Assembly: GCA_000320545.1 (NCBI GenBank) | Contig: ADNK01001820.1 | Location: 91,630 to 155,629, forward strand | Direction: 5' to 3' | DNA: 64,000 nucleotides | Source of the DNA: Bigelowiella natans CCMP2755 | Taxonomy: Eukaryota > Protista > Cercozoa | Shown: positions 11,152 through 22,649 of the stretch, piece by piece | Position numbering within the stretch: the first letter of the stretch is position 1 | Layout: each line of letters begins with the position of its first letter | The notes under the pieces: generated by a model | What the model saw: only the letters and a program-made list of their open reading frames with translations | The model's database searches: none | What the model was told of the DNA's origin: nothing | Program-made: the position numbers and the translations under genes

Positions 11152-13430
11152 CTTTAAGATTACTAAAGATTTGATAGATATCATCAGTTTAACTGAAACT
11201 ACTTAAAGAAGTATGGATAATGATATGCAAACCGGTATGGTACGACGATATGTGATGTATCGTCTTCAAAATTTACCGTACGATGATGAACATATGAAGT
11301 ACTTAATTACATGTGCATGCTGGAACGTTATGCACATATACAACATGTGTGTACACTTGTGTATATACATATGTGTGCATGAATGTTCGTATGATTGTGT
11401 TTGCGTGCGTGTGTATGCGTGTGTGCATAATGCTAGTTAGCTATCCGATCCTTCATCAGTAGCAGCTTGATTTGTGACATGACAACTACTTTTTTGCGAA
11501 AGCACTCCCGTAGCACCACATAGCTGCGAGACACGTGTGTAAGTGCACCATCTGCTTGCATGCGCAAAAGGTCCGCTGCATTTTCAAGTATAGCATCATG
11601 ATGTACGTAGGTTGCACCGCTGCGTGTGCTGTATGTGTGGATTATCTGCTAATAATGGCATAGAGACAACGTAACTATAATATGCAACTAGCGCTTGTGA
11701 TAAACCTACTACATCAGGATGACTATTGAAAAAATGTAATCATTTCACTAGACCATCTCATTATCATTCATGTGTATAGAGCCGCAACTTTGCACAGCTA
11801 TATTAAGGATGAATACTGAAAGTATGAAATTTTTTCATTCAACACATCCGCCAATGATCACTTCTGCAGCGTTGAACTTAGCTAGTTACGCGTACACCAG
11901 TGCGCAGGCACTGTAGTCATACATATAGCGATGAACTGCCGCGCCAGAATCAAAAGCTAAACATCAAATTTGGTAATCTTACATCTCCGCATAGCTACTG
12001 CAGCTATGCTGCCTGCGGTGGCCTTCATGCAGCGCCGTTGTTGCTTTGGAACCTGTTGTTGCTACGATACGATGCATACAGACTCGATGCTCCTGGGAAA
12101 ATTTGGTTGCAAACATATGCGACATAGCCAGTGTGGCATGCAGCGAGACATTGCATCATTTATATCCTTTACACTCACGTACGTGAGAAACGAGGGAAAA
12201 GGGATTTTCCACCTGATCGATCGATTAGCGCCATGTACCTACCGCCATGTTATCTCTCGTCATGACTCTGCATTTAGTTTTTTCACCGCTCACATCATTG
12301 TAAAATGGGAAGAAATTCATTTAATATATCTTCCTTCTCTTTACCTGGCATTTATTCTTTGACCTCCCCTCAGTAATAATACCGTGGTGAGTGTCGGACT
12401 CTGAGCATTTCGGGCTAGAGAACGCAAAACTCTCGCCTGCTCCTTCTTCGGAGGTCATAGCCTAGAGGTATCAAAGTATCTACGGACACTAGCGTAGCCG
12501 TAGCAGTAAGTTGTGTCAAGAATCTATCAGATAATACTGGTGATGGGAAAATCATAGGGCAGGAAAAGCAGGGTGGGAAAGAGAGCAGACGGGATGATGC
12601 TGAGATTGAAAATGGCGAAGGAATAAGCATCGATAGGGCAGATCGCTTCATTAAGGTGATGCTGGTGCTGGAACAATTACCTCATCCATATTTAAATTTT
12701 GAAAATACATTGGGTGCAATACACACATACACAAGCACGCACACACATTTTGATATATACATTTATGTGTGTGTGTGTGTTATTTCATAACGGCACAAAT
12801 TCTTACACATTTTATAACAATCCGAGTTAGGTATCTTCCCCTTGCCCTTTCTTAGTACCCGGCACTTTCCTAGCATTTTTTGGCAACGTCTTCCCCTTGC
12901 TTCGTGAAGCGGTGGCAATTTTCCAGTCTTCGTCGTTCTTTCTCAGTTGGCACAAACGAGTTAGCCGTATCCTCGACTACCACAATGCAAGATTATACGG
13001 ATCTCGTCATGCTTTCCACGTTCGTCGTTCGCTTTCGAAGATATAATCTAAGTATAACTTAGAGATATTCACAGAGTGCAGCTGGGCTCCACTGGCAACT
13101 GTTTCACGATCGTCAAAACGTCGTCCTCAATCACTAAACGAATATGCTGTTTGCTGTATGCGATGAGTCTCTGATAGTACTGACACGGTAAATTATCTAT
13201 GCCATCACCTCAACCTTCCAAGCTCATGCACTCAGAAATTTGCGATGGATTGGGGAAACCGGCACCTGCTCGTCGACCACCATTATCTCGGGTTTCATTG
13301 GCAAAACGACGTTTAGAATTTGTCCTACAATTTTGTGGTGCGACAAGGACAGTATTTAGTATCAGGAAGATTGTAACCTGCCTATCGAAATTTGTCGTCT
13401 GTGGTAGGCAAGTCTGCTAATTTTTAGACG

Positions 13431-13735
13431 GTAAAATATCCTATAGAAATTAGTCTAATGATGAATAATAATGATGAACCATGGCACCATCTCCGCTATT
13501 TAATCGCCCGTAAAATATCCTATAGAAATTAGTCTAATGATGAATAATAATGATGAACCATGGCACCATCTCCGCTATTTAATCGCCCGTAAAATATCCT
13601 ATAGAAATTAGTCTAATGATGGATAATGATAATGAATCATATCACCATTTGCGATATTTAATCGTCCGTAAAATATCCTATAGAAATTAGTCTAATGATG
13701 GATAATAACAATGAATCATATCACCATCTCCGCTA
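13431..13735 (+). repeat. 79-bp tandem repeat, ~4 copies
   Basis: Units start at 13431, 13510, 13589 and 13668 with gtaaaatatcctatagaaattagtctaatgatg. Copies 1 and 2 are identical; copies 3 and 4 share variants. Confidence 0.95.
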
Positions 13736-13932
13736 CTCGCTCGCCAAATTCTCGCTCATAATCGCACACCTCAAAAGGAGGACATGTAAGCCGGAGGAGG
13801 AGGGGTTTGATGGTGTACTCGCTGCAGTACGGTGTGTTCTTGTGTTGTTCTCATGTGATACTATTATTCTACCTCACTAAACAGAGAGCTGGTCTCCCCT
13901 CGTGGATTCTTTCTGTTAAAACCATTCCATGG

Positions 13933-14520
13933 ATGGGCAAAAAATCACGCAAGGACGATTCCCGCGTGAGCAATCGGAGATGGAGCAATACCTCTGTGAG
14001 AGATGATGCACTGGAGCTTTTGGTGGTTCTCTCTACGCTCGGGATTGTTTGCGTTTCGAGTTTGTTGTTGTCCCGATCAGCTCCTTCAGTGTATCCACCA
14101 TTTCTAGGCTTCAAGAACTACCCAGACAAGGTACTCCGCGACGAAGCAAGACGAATGAAAGAGGTGTACTGTCCGAAGGATTGGAAACACTTTACGCCTG
14201 CTCAAAGACCACGGGATCTGCTGAGGAGGCAGATTTTAATTAGAACTTACTTGAAGCCATTTAAGTTGAGGCCGAGGAGCGTGCGGAAGATCGAGGAGCA
14301 CGCCAGAGGCAAGCGCCTCCAACATCTCTTCCGCGTTCTGAAAGAGAGACCGAAATCGCTGCTACGAAAGCGTAAGAAATGGGCTTTCGAGGAAGTTTTT
14401 AAGGAACACATTGTGGCAAGGCTTTCACGAAATGAGAAAAAGAATGAATCCCTGCTGCTGCAGTTGAGAAAAACAATAAAGTCAGAATTTCATAACTTTA
14501 TTTCGAAGCATATTGTTTAG
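13933..14520 (+). CDS. Hypothetical basic protein with one transmembrane helix; may have an upstream exon (13695-13825)
   Basis: The frame is open from 13807 to 14520. MGKKSRK starts at 13933, followed by TM ALELLVVLSTLGIVCVSSLLL and a K/R-rich helical region. Confidence 0.5.
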   Translation: MGKKSRKDDSRVSNRRWSNTSVRDDALELLVVLSTLGIVCVSSLLLSRSAPSVYPPFLGFKNYPDKVLRDEARRMKEVYCPKDWKHFTPAQRPRDLLRRQILIRTYLKPFKLRPRSVRKIEEHARGKRLQHLFRVLKERPKSLLRKRKKWAFEEVFKEHIVARLSRNEKKNESLLLQLRKTIKSEFHNFISKHIV

Positions 14521-15499
14521 ATTTACGGGGGAAATATGGGTGCGGGAAATAATATGAGGAAGTTTATTGTCCACATTGCATCATAGCATTTGTGCCAACT
14601 CTGCATTTTATAGAGAATTTTACTCTTCCACAAACATACAAGGTCGATCGTATCCGTGCAGCGTTGGTACAAATGCCACAATGCAATGTTAACGATACAC
14701 GACATGCGCCATCACGCATTTAGATTAGCCACGCGCACATAGTATGGCTTCAAAATTCTGGAAATATCATTTCGATAGATCACGCAATGAGCATGCAAAG
14801 CACTGTGCGTAGGGTCGTAGGGTCTGCGCAACATGAAACACCATGTTGTAGACGACTAGAGAATGAAACACAGAATGCCATGCACATGTACATACATGTA
14901 AGAGCCTTTATCATTTATTACACGACATCGCACGAATGCATGCTATTATTATTCTGTTTGTCTAGGTGGCGCGGTACGTTTTATTCATTGTACGTTGGAT
15001 GATCGACGGTGTCACGCATATACGATAGCGAATAAGCCGCCAGCATATGACCTATTTGAGCGAGCGGGCACCGCATAGTCTAGTAGTCATCATGCAAAAT
15101 TTGTGTGCAAAATTTGTACCGCACATGTAGTCTAGATTGTGCGAACAGTTGCTGCGAGACAGCGGTGCACACACATACCACGTTACTTCCTATCATTTAT
15201 CCATGTGACAAAGCTAACGTACGCCTGCTAGCCTGTGCATCATTGCACTGATCGGTACGCTACATACCAATAAGCCAAGTCATAAGAAGGCAAACACGTT
15301 ATTTACACGTACACGTGAAACTCAAAATTAGGAGAACCGTTTATTTAGTTAGATTAAATATTGATTCGCATTCATCATTGCAGTAAGAGAAACTAGCTCG
15401 TTCGGTCTGCCCACGGGCAGTGGCGCTCCGCCCTGCCATCTTTCAACATTATATATTTCTAAGACTCACGATTATTATCATGCCATGAGAGGTGTACGT

Positions 15500-16421
15500 T
15501 TATCGCTGCTTCTTGGTGTTATTAGAGTTACAAGAGAGCACGTTGAGGTGCAGAAGGAAGCATAGACCAGCCACACTTGCTGCTCCCATAACGAATCCAT
15601 ACTCGAAACCGTTCGGAATATACCCTGCAGAGTCTTTCTCGAGTTGTTCTAGCATGTCGTTGCTCACCTCTTCTGACTGCCTAGCTTCCTTTCCACCCTT
15701 CGCTTCAGGGGGGAATGGAGGCAGATGTTGAGCTGTGGTAGCTTGCTGCTGCAGTGCCAAATTTTGTGCCGGTTGATTTGACGCTGGATGTACAGGCGGT
15801 CTCGGCTGCGGTGGTATAGCTATAGGAGGAGGATGAGGAGGTCCAGGCTGCGGGTGGTTGTTGTTGTTGTTGTTGTTATTGTTGATGTGAGAGAAGTCAG
15901 AAGGTACGAAAGATACGGTCTGAGGCTTCGCTAATGCTTTTGCATAGTCCGGAAACTGTTTCTTCACGCCTTCAAGCCAGTCCTCCCTTTCTTTCTCTCC
16001 TAGTGCGTCTCGAAGCACCACAGTGAGAGTCTTGATGTCTCCTGGTCGGATCACGACGGAGGGGGCAGGAAGGGAGAGCAGCTTGCGCGACCGCTCAAGA
16101 GCTGATTTGGACAGGAAGACGCCCTCCTCTTCTGTGTTCTGAGAGGCCTGTCGATCCATCTGCATCTTATCCAATCGCTTCGTAGCCTCATCCACCGTCT
16201 GAGTCGATACCCGGAATGAGAGTGCATCCAAGAATCTGCGAGAAGGAGGAGGAGGAGGAGGAGGAGGAGGAGGAAAGGGTGGTATCGAGGAATAGGAGGA
16301 ACATCATAAAGAAAAGATAAGATAGCAGTACTAGTAGTAGCAGAGGCCACATCTCTTTTCTAGGCACAGCACTAAAAAGAATTGCCTCGGTATCACCCGC
16401 TGTTACCATCATCAGAAATAC

Positions 16422-16463
<42 letters not shown>

Positions 16464-17546
16464 CACACAAACCTTTCTCCCTGATGGGTGCTCGAGAGAG
16501 TGCTCTGAGTGACTTGGTCTATGCTAAGAGTTTCGAACAGCCGCTTGTCGCTGTCGTCAAATGGCAGACGGAACTCGGGCGCGGAGGGCGACAGGCTGCG
16601 AAGCCGCAGTACGACCTCATCTGTTGCCCCATCCCTTACCTGCGTGTGGCAGTTATGTTGTATAAATCGATAACACGACAATGACGACGACGATGAACAG
16701 AAGAAAAATAATAGAGGAGGAGGAGAAGGAGGAGAAGGAGGAGGAAGAGGAGAATCTAAAGATCAAATACGACAAATGCATTTGGAGAGTCATTGCTACT
16801 GCTACTGCTCATCGTCATCATCATTGTCATCACCATTTTACTACTACTCCTACCACTACTAGTACTACTACCATTAGAGACATGATGTGGATGTGCGCTG
16901 GGAGTTCCGTTTTGAGCGGTGCGAATTGTGATAAGAGAGCTTCCTCATTAGAAGCTGTGGCATCTGCGGCCGCTGTGAAGAGCACATGCGGAGGATTATT
17001 GAGACGAAGCTGATGCAGCTCAAATAATTCCTTCGAGAGGGGCACTTTGTCCAGAGTGAACCACAGAGTCACCTCGGGCCGAGAGGCATCACGAACAGCT
17101 TCTGATAACCCTCGCCCGTCGTCCTGAAGGGAGAAGATGTTGTATGTTATTGTTGGACCAGTAAGATATGGATGAGAGTTTGGTAGATGTTGAGGGGAGG
17201 GAGGGGAGAGTCGTCAGAGAATATCATCTTATTTTGGATTTTGCTGCTCCTCTTTCTATCCACTATCATCGTCACTTCGCTATAAAAATGAACAAAACGG
17301 TACTAACTTGATTGAGCTGTCGATGGATCATCATCTCAATATGTCCCTCGTCCTGGCTTCCAACGCCAACTGAGTGTGAGTTCAAAATGGAAAACCCATA
17401 GCCCCCTCCACCAGCAGGCTCAGCGATACGACCGCCGTATACCGACGGCCAAAAATTCTTCGATATCTTCCCGGCCATCAGTGACCGCCTTGGCACAAAT
17501 TCGAGTCCATTGTGTGTTGCGATCTGAGCGTGTTTATGTTTGTATG

Positions 17547-17590
<44 letters not shown>

Positions 17591-17989
17591 ACTGACAAAG
17601 AGGATGTGAGCGAGTGATTTAGTGAGAGAGGGAGAGACTGCTTATTACATTAAAATAAAAGCTCGCGCGCACAGATACGCATGCGTACCTCTCGCTGGTT
17701 CTTGATGTCAGTCTCAAAGTAAGTAACGAGTTCTTCGTTAAGTCCCACGTTGACGGTGAGAGTTTGCTGCAGCGCGAGGGCATTCAGCACTTTCCCTCCT
17801 TTTGGAAGCATCATCTGCACCTGTGGTGATAATAGGAAAAGTAGGAGTTGTAGTGATATTAGTGCAGCAGTTGTAACAGGAAGAGGAGGAGGCGGTCTAA
17901 GGCTTTGTTTATAGATGATGTCCGGTTATGGTCAATTACAGACTTTGTTTATAGATGATGTCCGGTTATGGTCAATTACAAACTTCTTC

Positions 17990-18024
<35 letters not shown>

Positions 18025-19035
18025 GTTCCTCATCTTCCTCCTACTACCCTATAGAAATGGTTAAGAGATTTATTGCTACACATTATTATCATCACCCCAA
18101 AGCCTAGATCTCCTGTGACCCCAGTGACAACATCTACGACATTGCCTCGGAACACACGACAGCGTGCACTGCCACTAGCTCCAACATGCTCGGCTGGTCG
18201 CACAGGGCGGAAGATGTACGCCCCTGATTTGTGCGTGCGGTACCTTTCGATATTTTCAACACAACAGTATTATCAGTAGGAGGAGGAGGAGGAGGAGGAG
18301 GAGGAGGAATTTATGGTGGTGGTGGTGGTGGTGGTGCCCTTTTTTGTCGTTGTCGTCGTCGTTGTCGTCGTCGTTGTCATTGTTGTTGTTGACTGTGAGA
18401 TTTGCTTCTACTTCTACAAACTTGTTCGTCTCCTCTATTCTCATCATCTCACCGTCTGAGCGTCTGATCGATGCGCACGCGCCGTTGCTGCTGTTCCCCG
18501 CGCTTATCCGTCATTGCACGAAGGAGACAATGTTGACTCAACTCCACTTTGTATACCTGAGGAGACAGATATAATATGTCAAGCTGCTGCTGCTTATGAT
18601 GACAGGGAAGACGAAAAAAATGATGATAATGATAATGATAATGATGATGATAATGATGATGATGAGGGAAAAAATGATCTGCATCTACACCTCGTTCTCG
18701 ATGAAAATCTCCCCTCTGCTCCCCGCCGACTCCAAATCGCCCTTTTGCACCCCACCGTTATTATCGACGCCCCGGAGCATGCCTAGGAGAGAAGTGAGGG
18801 GTGGGGGAGCAAAGGAGAAAGATAGAAATGAATAAAACCATATAATTCACACTCCAGAGATCTTGCAATGGGACTCTGCAGCACTCGCTCTTTCCTTTTT
18901 ATGGCCAAGAAACCGCCTCAAGATCACACAATTTCAGCGCCGCGCCGTAATTTCTGTGTCTCATGATTATTTACATCGTCGTAATGTATAACTCCTGTCG
19001 AAAACTCTAAGTTTTGAATACTACTACCACTACTG

Positions 19036-19069
<34 letters not shown>

Positions 19070-20197
19070 GCTACTACTGGCGCCGCTGCTATAATACCGC
19101 CTCCTCCACCACCGCCTGGAATATACTCAGTGACTCGGGAGGGCGTAGCTGCGGTCAGCCCGGGGGGAGCATCTGCCGGCGATGAACGCACGTGTACGTA
19201 GAAGACAGATGCGCCCAATGGAGGCACCTGCTCAAAATAGTAAATTCCATTATCAACAAGGTGAATCAACGAGGGGGTGAGTAGTAGTAGTAGTAGTAGT
19301 AGCTCCCCCTCTGCCTATCTTTCTTTTTCCTCAGAAGAGAGGAGGTGTCACTTTCAATGTTCTGCATAAGTGCGTATTCTGTCGATGGGAAGAGATGATT
19401 TTGCGGAGGAGGAGAAGGAGGAGGAGGAGGAGGAGGAGGAGGAGGAAGGGGAGAGTCGAGAGTCGCTATCAACCCAAGACAAGAATAACCTGAGCGAAAA
19501 ACCGAAGTATATACTCCGATGAGCTTGGGGAGGGGTCCTGCGCACCCGTCCAGTGCCGATCAACTTGAGACTGATGATGGGAGAGACAAAGATGGTGGTA
19601 ACAACATAACGCTCTTACTATGAGGAAATACACTGCATAGTAGTAGTTGTAGTAGTAGTAGTATACATTAATACATTGAGGAGTTGTTGGGATGACTACT
19701 ATACCATCGTGGCAGCTCCCTCGGAATTAGCCACGTACACATGCGGTGAATCCACGTGGACGCTTATTACCTACATTTGCGAAACTAATGTGGAGAGAAG
19801 AAATGTAGATGAAAGCGTGCATAATTGTTGTGTTGATACTAATTACGAGACAGTATTAACGTGCAAGATGTGTTCAATTTGAACGACATTCTTCGGATTG
19901 CCGCTGCATCATTTGCTGTTTGGGTCTCAAATACAAAAAAATGCGCTGCACGTACACAGAAAAATGCAAGACACCCCCCCCTCCCCCCCATAACTTTCTA
20001 GTGACAACCACCACCACCACCACCACCATCACCTCGCTCCGCTGCCACGAAAGCGAGTTGTAGACGATGATTGCATGCACTGTTTTGCCGCGTTCGAGCA
20101 CACGCGCTGCGTGAGTAAGCTTGGCAGGGTTTGAAGGATCTTTCGTCAGCATGATGCTCAGATACGACTCTATGATTCCAGATGCAGTATTTAGGGC

Positions 20198-20272
<75 letters not shown>

Positions 20273-20841
20273 TGATGATGATGGATGTTCGTTATGACGA
20301 CGACGATGATGATGAGAGAGAGCAAAGACAAGTATTGTTCTTGTTCTCCACGTACTCCTACTCCAAAGAACGACAACTTTTATTACTACTGCTACTACTA
20401 CTACCGCTACTACTACTACTACTCCTACTACTACTTATACCCTATTCATCCGAGCAACGTAATCGTTCGCCACGTGACTAATAATGATGAAAATGATGAT
20501 AACGATGACGATGATGATGGGAACAAAATTTCGATTAATGTTGGGAATGAGAGAGAGCCACAAATGTAGAATACTCCTGTAAGAATATATCCACCGCTAA
20601 TAACACCATCGCTCTTGTGGCATCATCATCAATACCTTCTGCACGTTCCCGTAATCGCATCGTGGTGGCTAAAAATCGCTGCCTGCATGTGCAATTCATA
20701 CACAACGAGAAGTGGAGAAATGATTCTTCTTACAACGACGACAACACACAAATTAGCACAGAAGTACCCACCCTAGAGAAGATAAATAAATAGATTCTTC
20801 ATCAAACTCCACTACTATTTTCATAAAATAATAAACGCGCG

Positions 20842-20873
<32 letters not shown>

Positions 20874-22213
20874 AACTACTACTACTACAACCTCTGTCCT
20901 CGCAGTCTTGATGTGCTCGAAAGTTTGCATCCAGTGCGCTGCCGCCGCCGATGGGTTCACAAGGCCGGCAGGAGCTGGGTTATTGTTGGCGTTGATATTG
21001 GCCCTGGCAATGGCGTAGAGTGCTTCCGCAGCTCGCATTGACGCCTCAACCTGAGGGAAAAGAGAAAGGATTGGGGAGTGAATACAGCCACAGCGAGTGC
21101 ATTTAATCAGACTTGTTTGCATCTGTAAATCAAAAGAACCTGACGTGACAGTTTCTTCAGGAAAGGCCGAGTGGTGTAGTAGCCAGTCCAATAACTATCT
21201 TCATTGTCAGCATAAGGGAAGAAATCCCCCATGAAGAGAGGAAAATCCTCCCCCTTCTCTACAGCCCAGTCGTGCACGGAGCGGAAATACTCAGAAAGCG
21301 TGGAAAACCGCAAGGTCACCCCGAACCTCTGTGAATTGGCGTTGACATGCTTAATCAGCGCTTCCATGTTCTGAAACTGATTCGCAGCGTTCTTAAACTT
21401 GAAGTCGTCTCCAAAAGGCACCAGCAGGTGCGGCGACTTGTATGAGTTCCTCCGCCTTTTCAGCTCATTTGTGAGCATGTTGGCACGGGATTCTACGTTG
21501 TTGTTGTTTATCTGTGGGGCGCCCTCCTCCCAGTCGAAACCCTTCGGTGCAGAGTAGTGGGTGTGCAACACGTGCGTGAACATGTCTGTATCGCCACCCG
21601 CGCTTGCCCCCCGCCACATAAATTCCATTAGGCGGCCTGCTTTGTACTCTCCTTTCTTCTGATGATGGATGCGATTGATAACAAGAGCGTCAAACCCCAT
21701 CTTCTTAAACAGGCTTGGTGTGATTGAAGAGTGGCCAAATGGATCGATTTGCCATCCAATACGTGGCTGCACCCCGAAGTTCTCGAGCAGATATTGGTGG
21801 CCGGTTGTCATTTGATTGACAACAAGCATGAGGTCCGAAGCTGCTTCGTCATTCTGAGCCCACCCACCTCCTACAAATTCCCATCGTCCTGAGTGGACAA
21901 GATCTCGGAATTGTCGTTTCCGCTCCAGGGACTGATCCTCATACCAGCGCGAGAAGAAGGAGATTTCTGCCCAAACAAAACGCTTGTTCGGATCCCCAAG
22001 CAGCTGGTCCGTTGCCGCGCTGATGATGCGGTTGACATCACTAGTGTAGTAATTCTCGAAAGTAGACAACCACCCAGGGTCGCAGTGGCTGTGCGCAATG
22101 ATGTGCGCGGTGAGCATTTCGGCTGCACATGTATGTGTAGGTCTCGGCAGAAGTATCGTCAGCCAGACGATCAAAATGGATGGAATATGGAACCCCAATA
22201 TTGTTCGCAGCAT
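15500..22213 (-). CDS. GH38 alpha-mannosidase, multi-exon, with signal peptide and C-terminal membrane anchor
   Basis: GH38 motifs HSHCDPGW, EFVGGGWAQNDEA, GWQIDPFGHS, LVPFGDDF, YWTGYYTTRP, HHDAITGT, SGAYIFRP, IEMMIHRQLNQDDGRGL and IRPGDIKT. The N-terminus MLRTILGFHIPSILIVWLTILL is hydrophobic. Stop codon at 15500. Confidence 0.92.
17903..17980. repeat. 40-bp-period direct duplication within an intron
   Basis: ctttgtttatagatgatgtccggttatggtcaattaca occurs at 17903 and 17943. Confidence 0.9.
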
Positions 22214-22649
22214 CGTTTTATTACTCACAAACAGAGGTACTAGGAGACGTAAACTCTCGTTGCTCTACCGAAGAGGCTGCCTCCCCATGTTCAGGGGATA
22301 AAGGTCCCACGCATAGATCTGGAGATGATGACGAAGGGCCCTCTGGATCGCAAACCGCAAAGCAGCGTTTCAATCAGATAAAATCGTATCAATTAATTGT
22401 GACATATATATAGAATATCGAGCAATATTCTTCCATTTGACAAATACTTGATGTCGTAGAGCAGATTTTGAAATTCTGAACTGTCCGAACATAGGGATGT
22501 ATGTCTGAGACAGAAGCATATCGGCAAGGAAAGTCTTCTTTTTGACCTGGAAACATCGGATCGGCTTGCTGCGATGGATTTTCTCATTCCACCTTTTCAG
22601 ACCTTGTCGCACGTATCGAATAGCCTGCGTTTTTGTAGTCGTCATACTC

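Noticed and set aside
13431-13735. CRISPR array or C/D snoRNA cluster
   Set aside because: The 'spacers' are homologous (copies 1 and 2 are identical), there are no cas genes and the context is eukaryotic. ATGATGA resembles a C box, but there is no CTGA D box.
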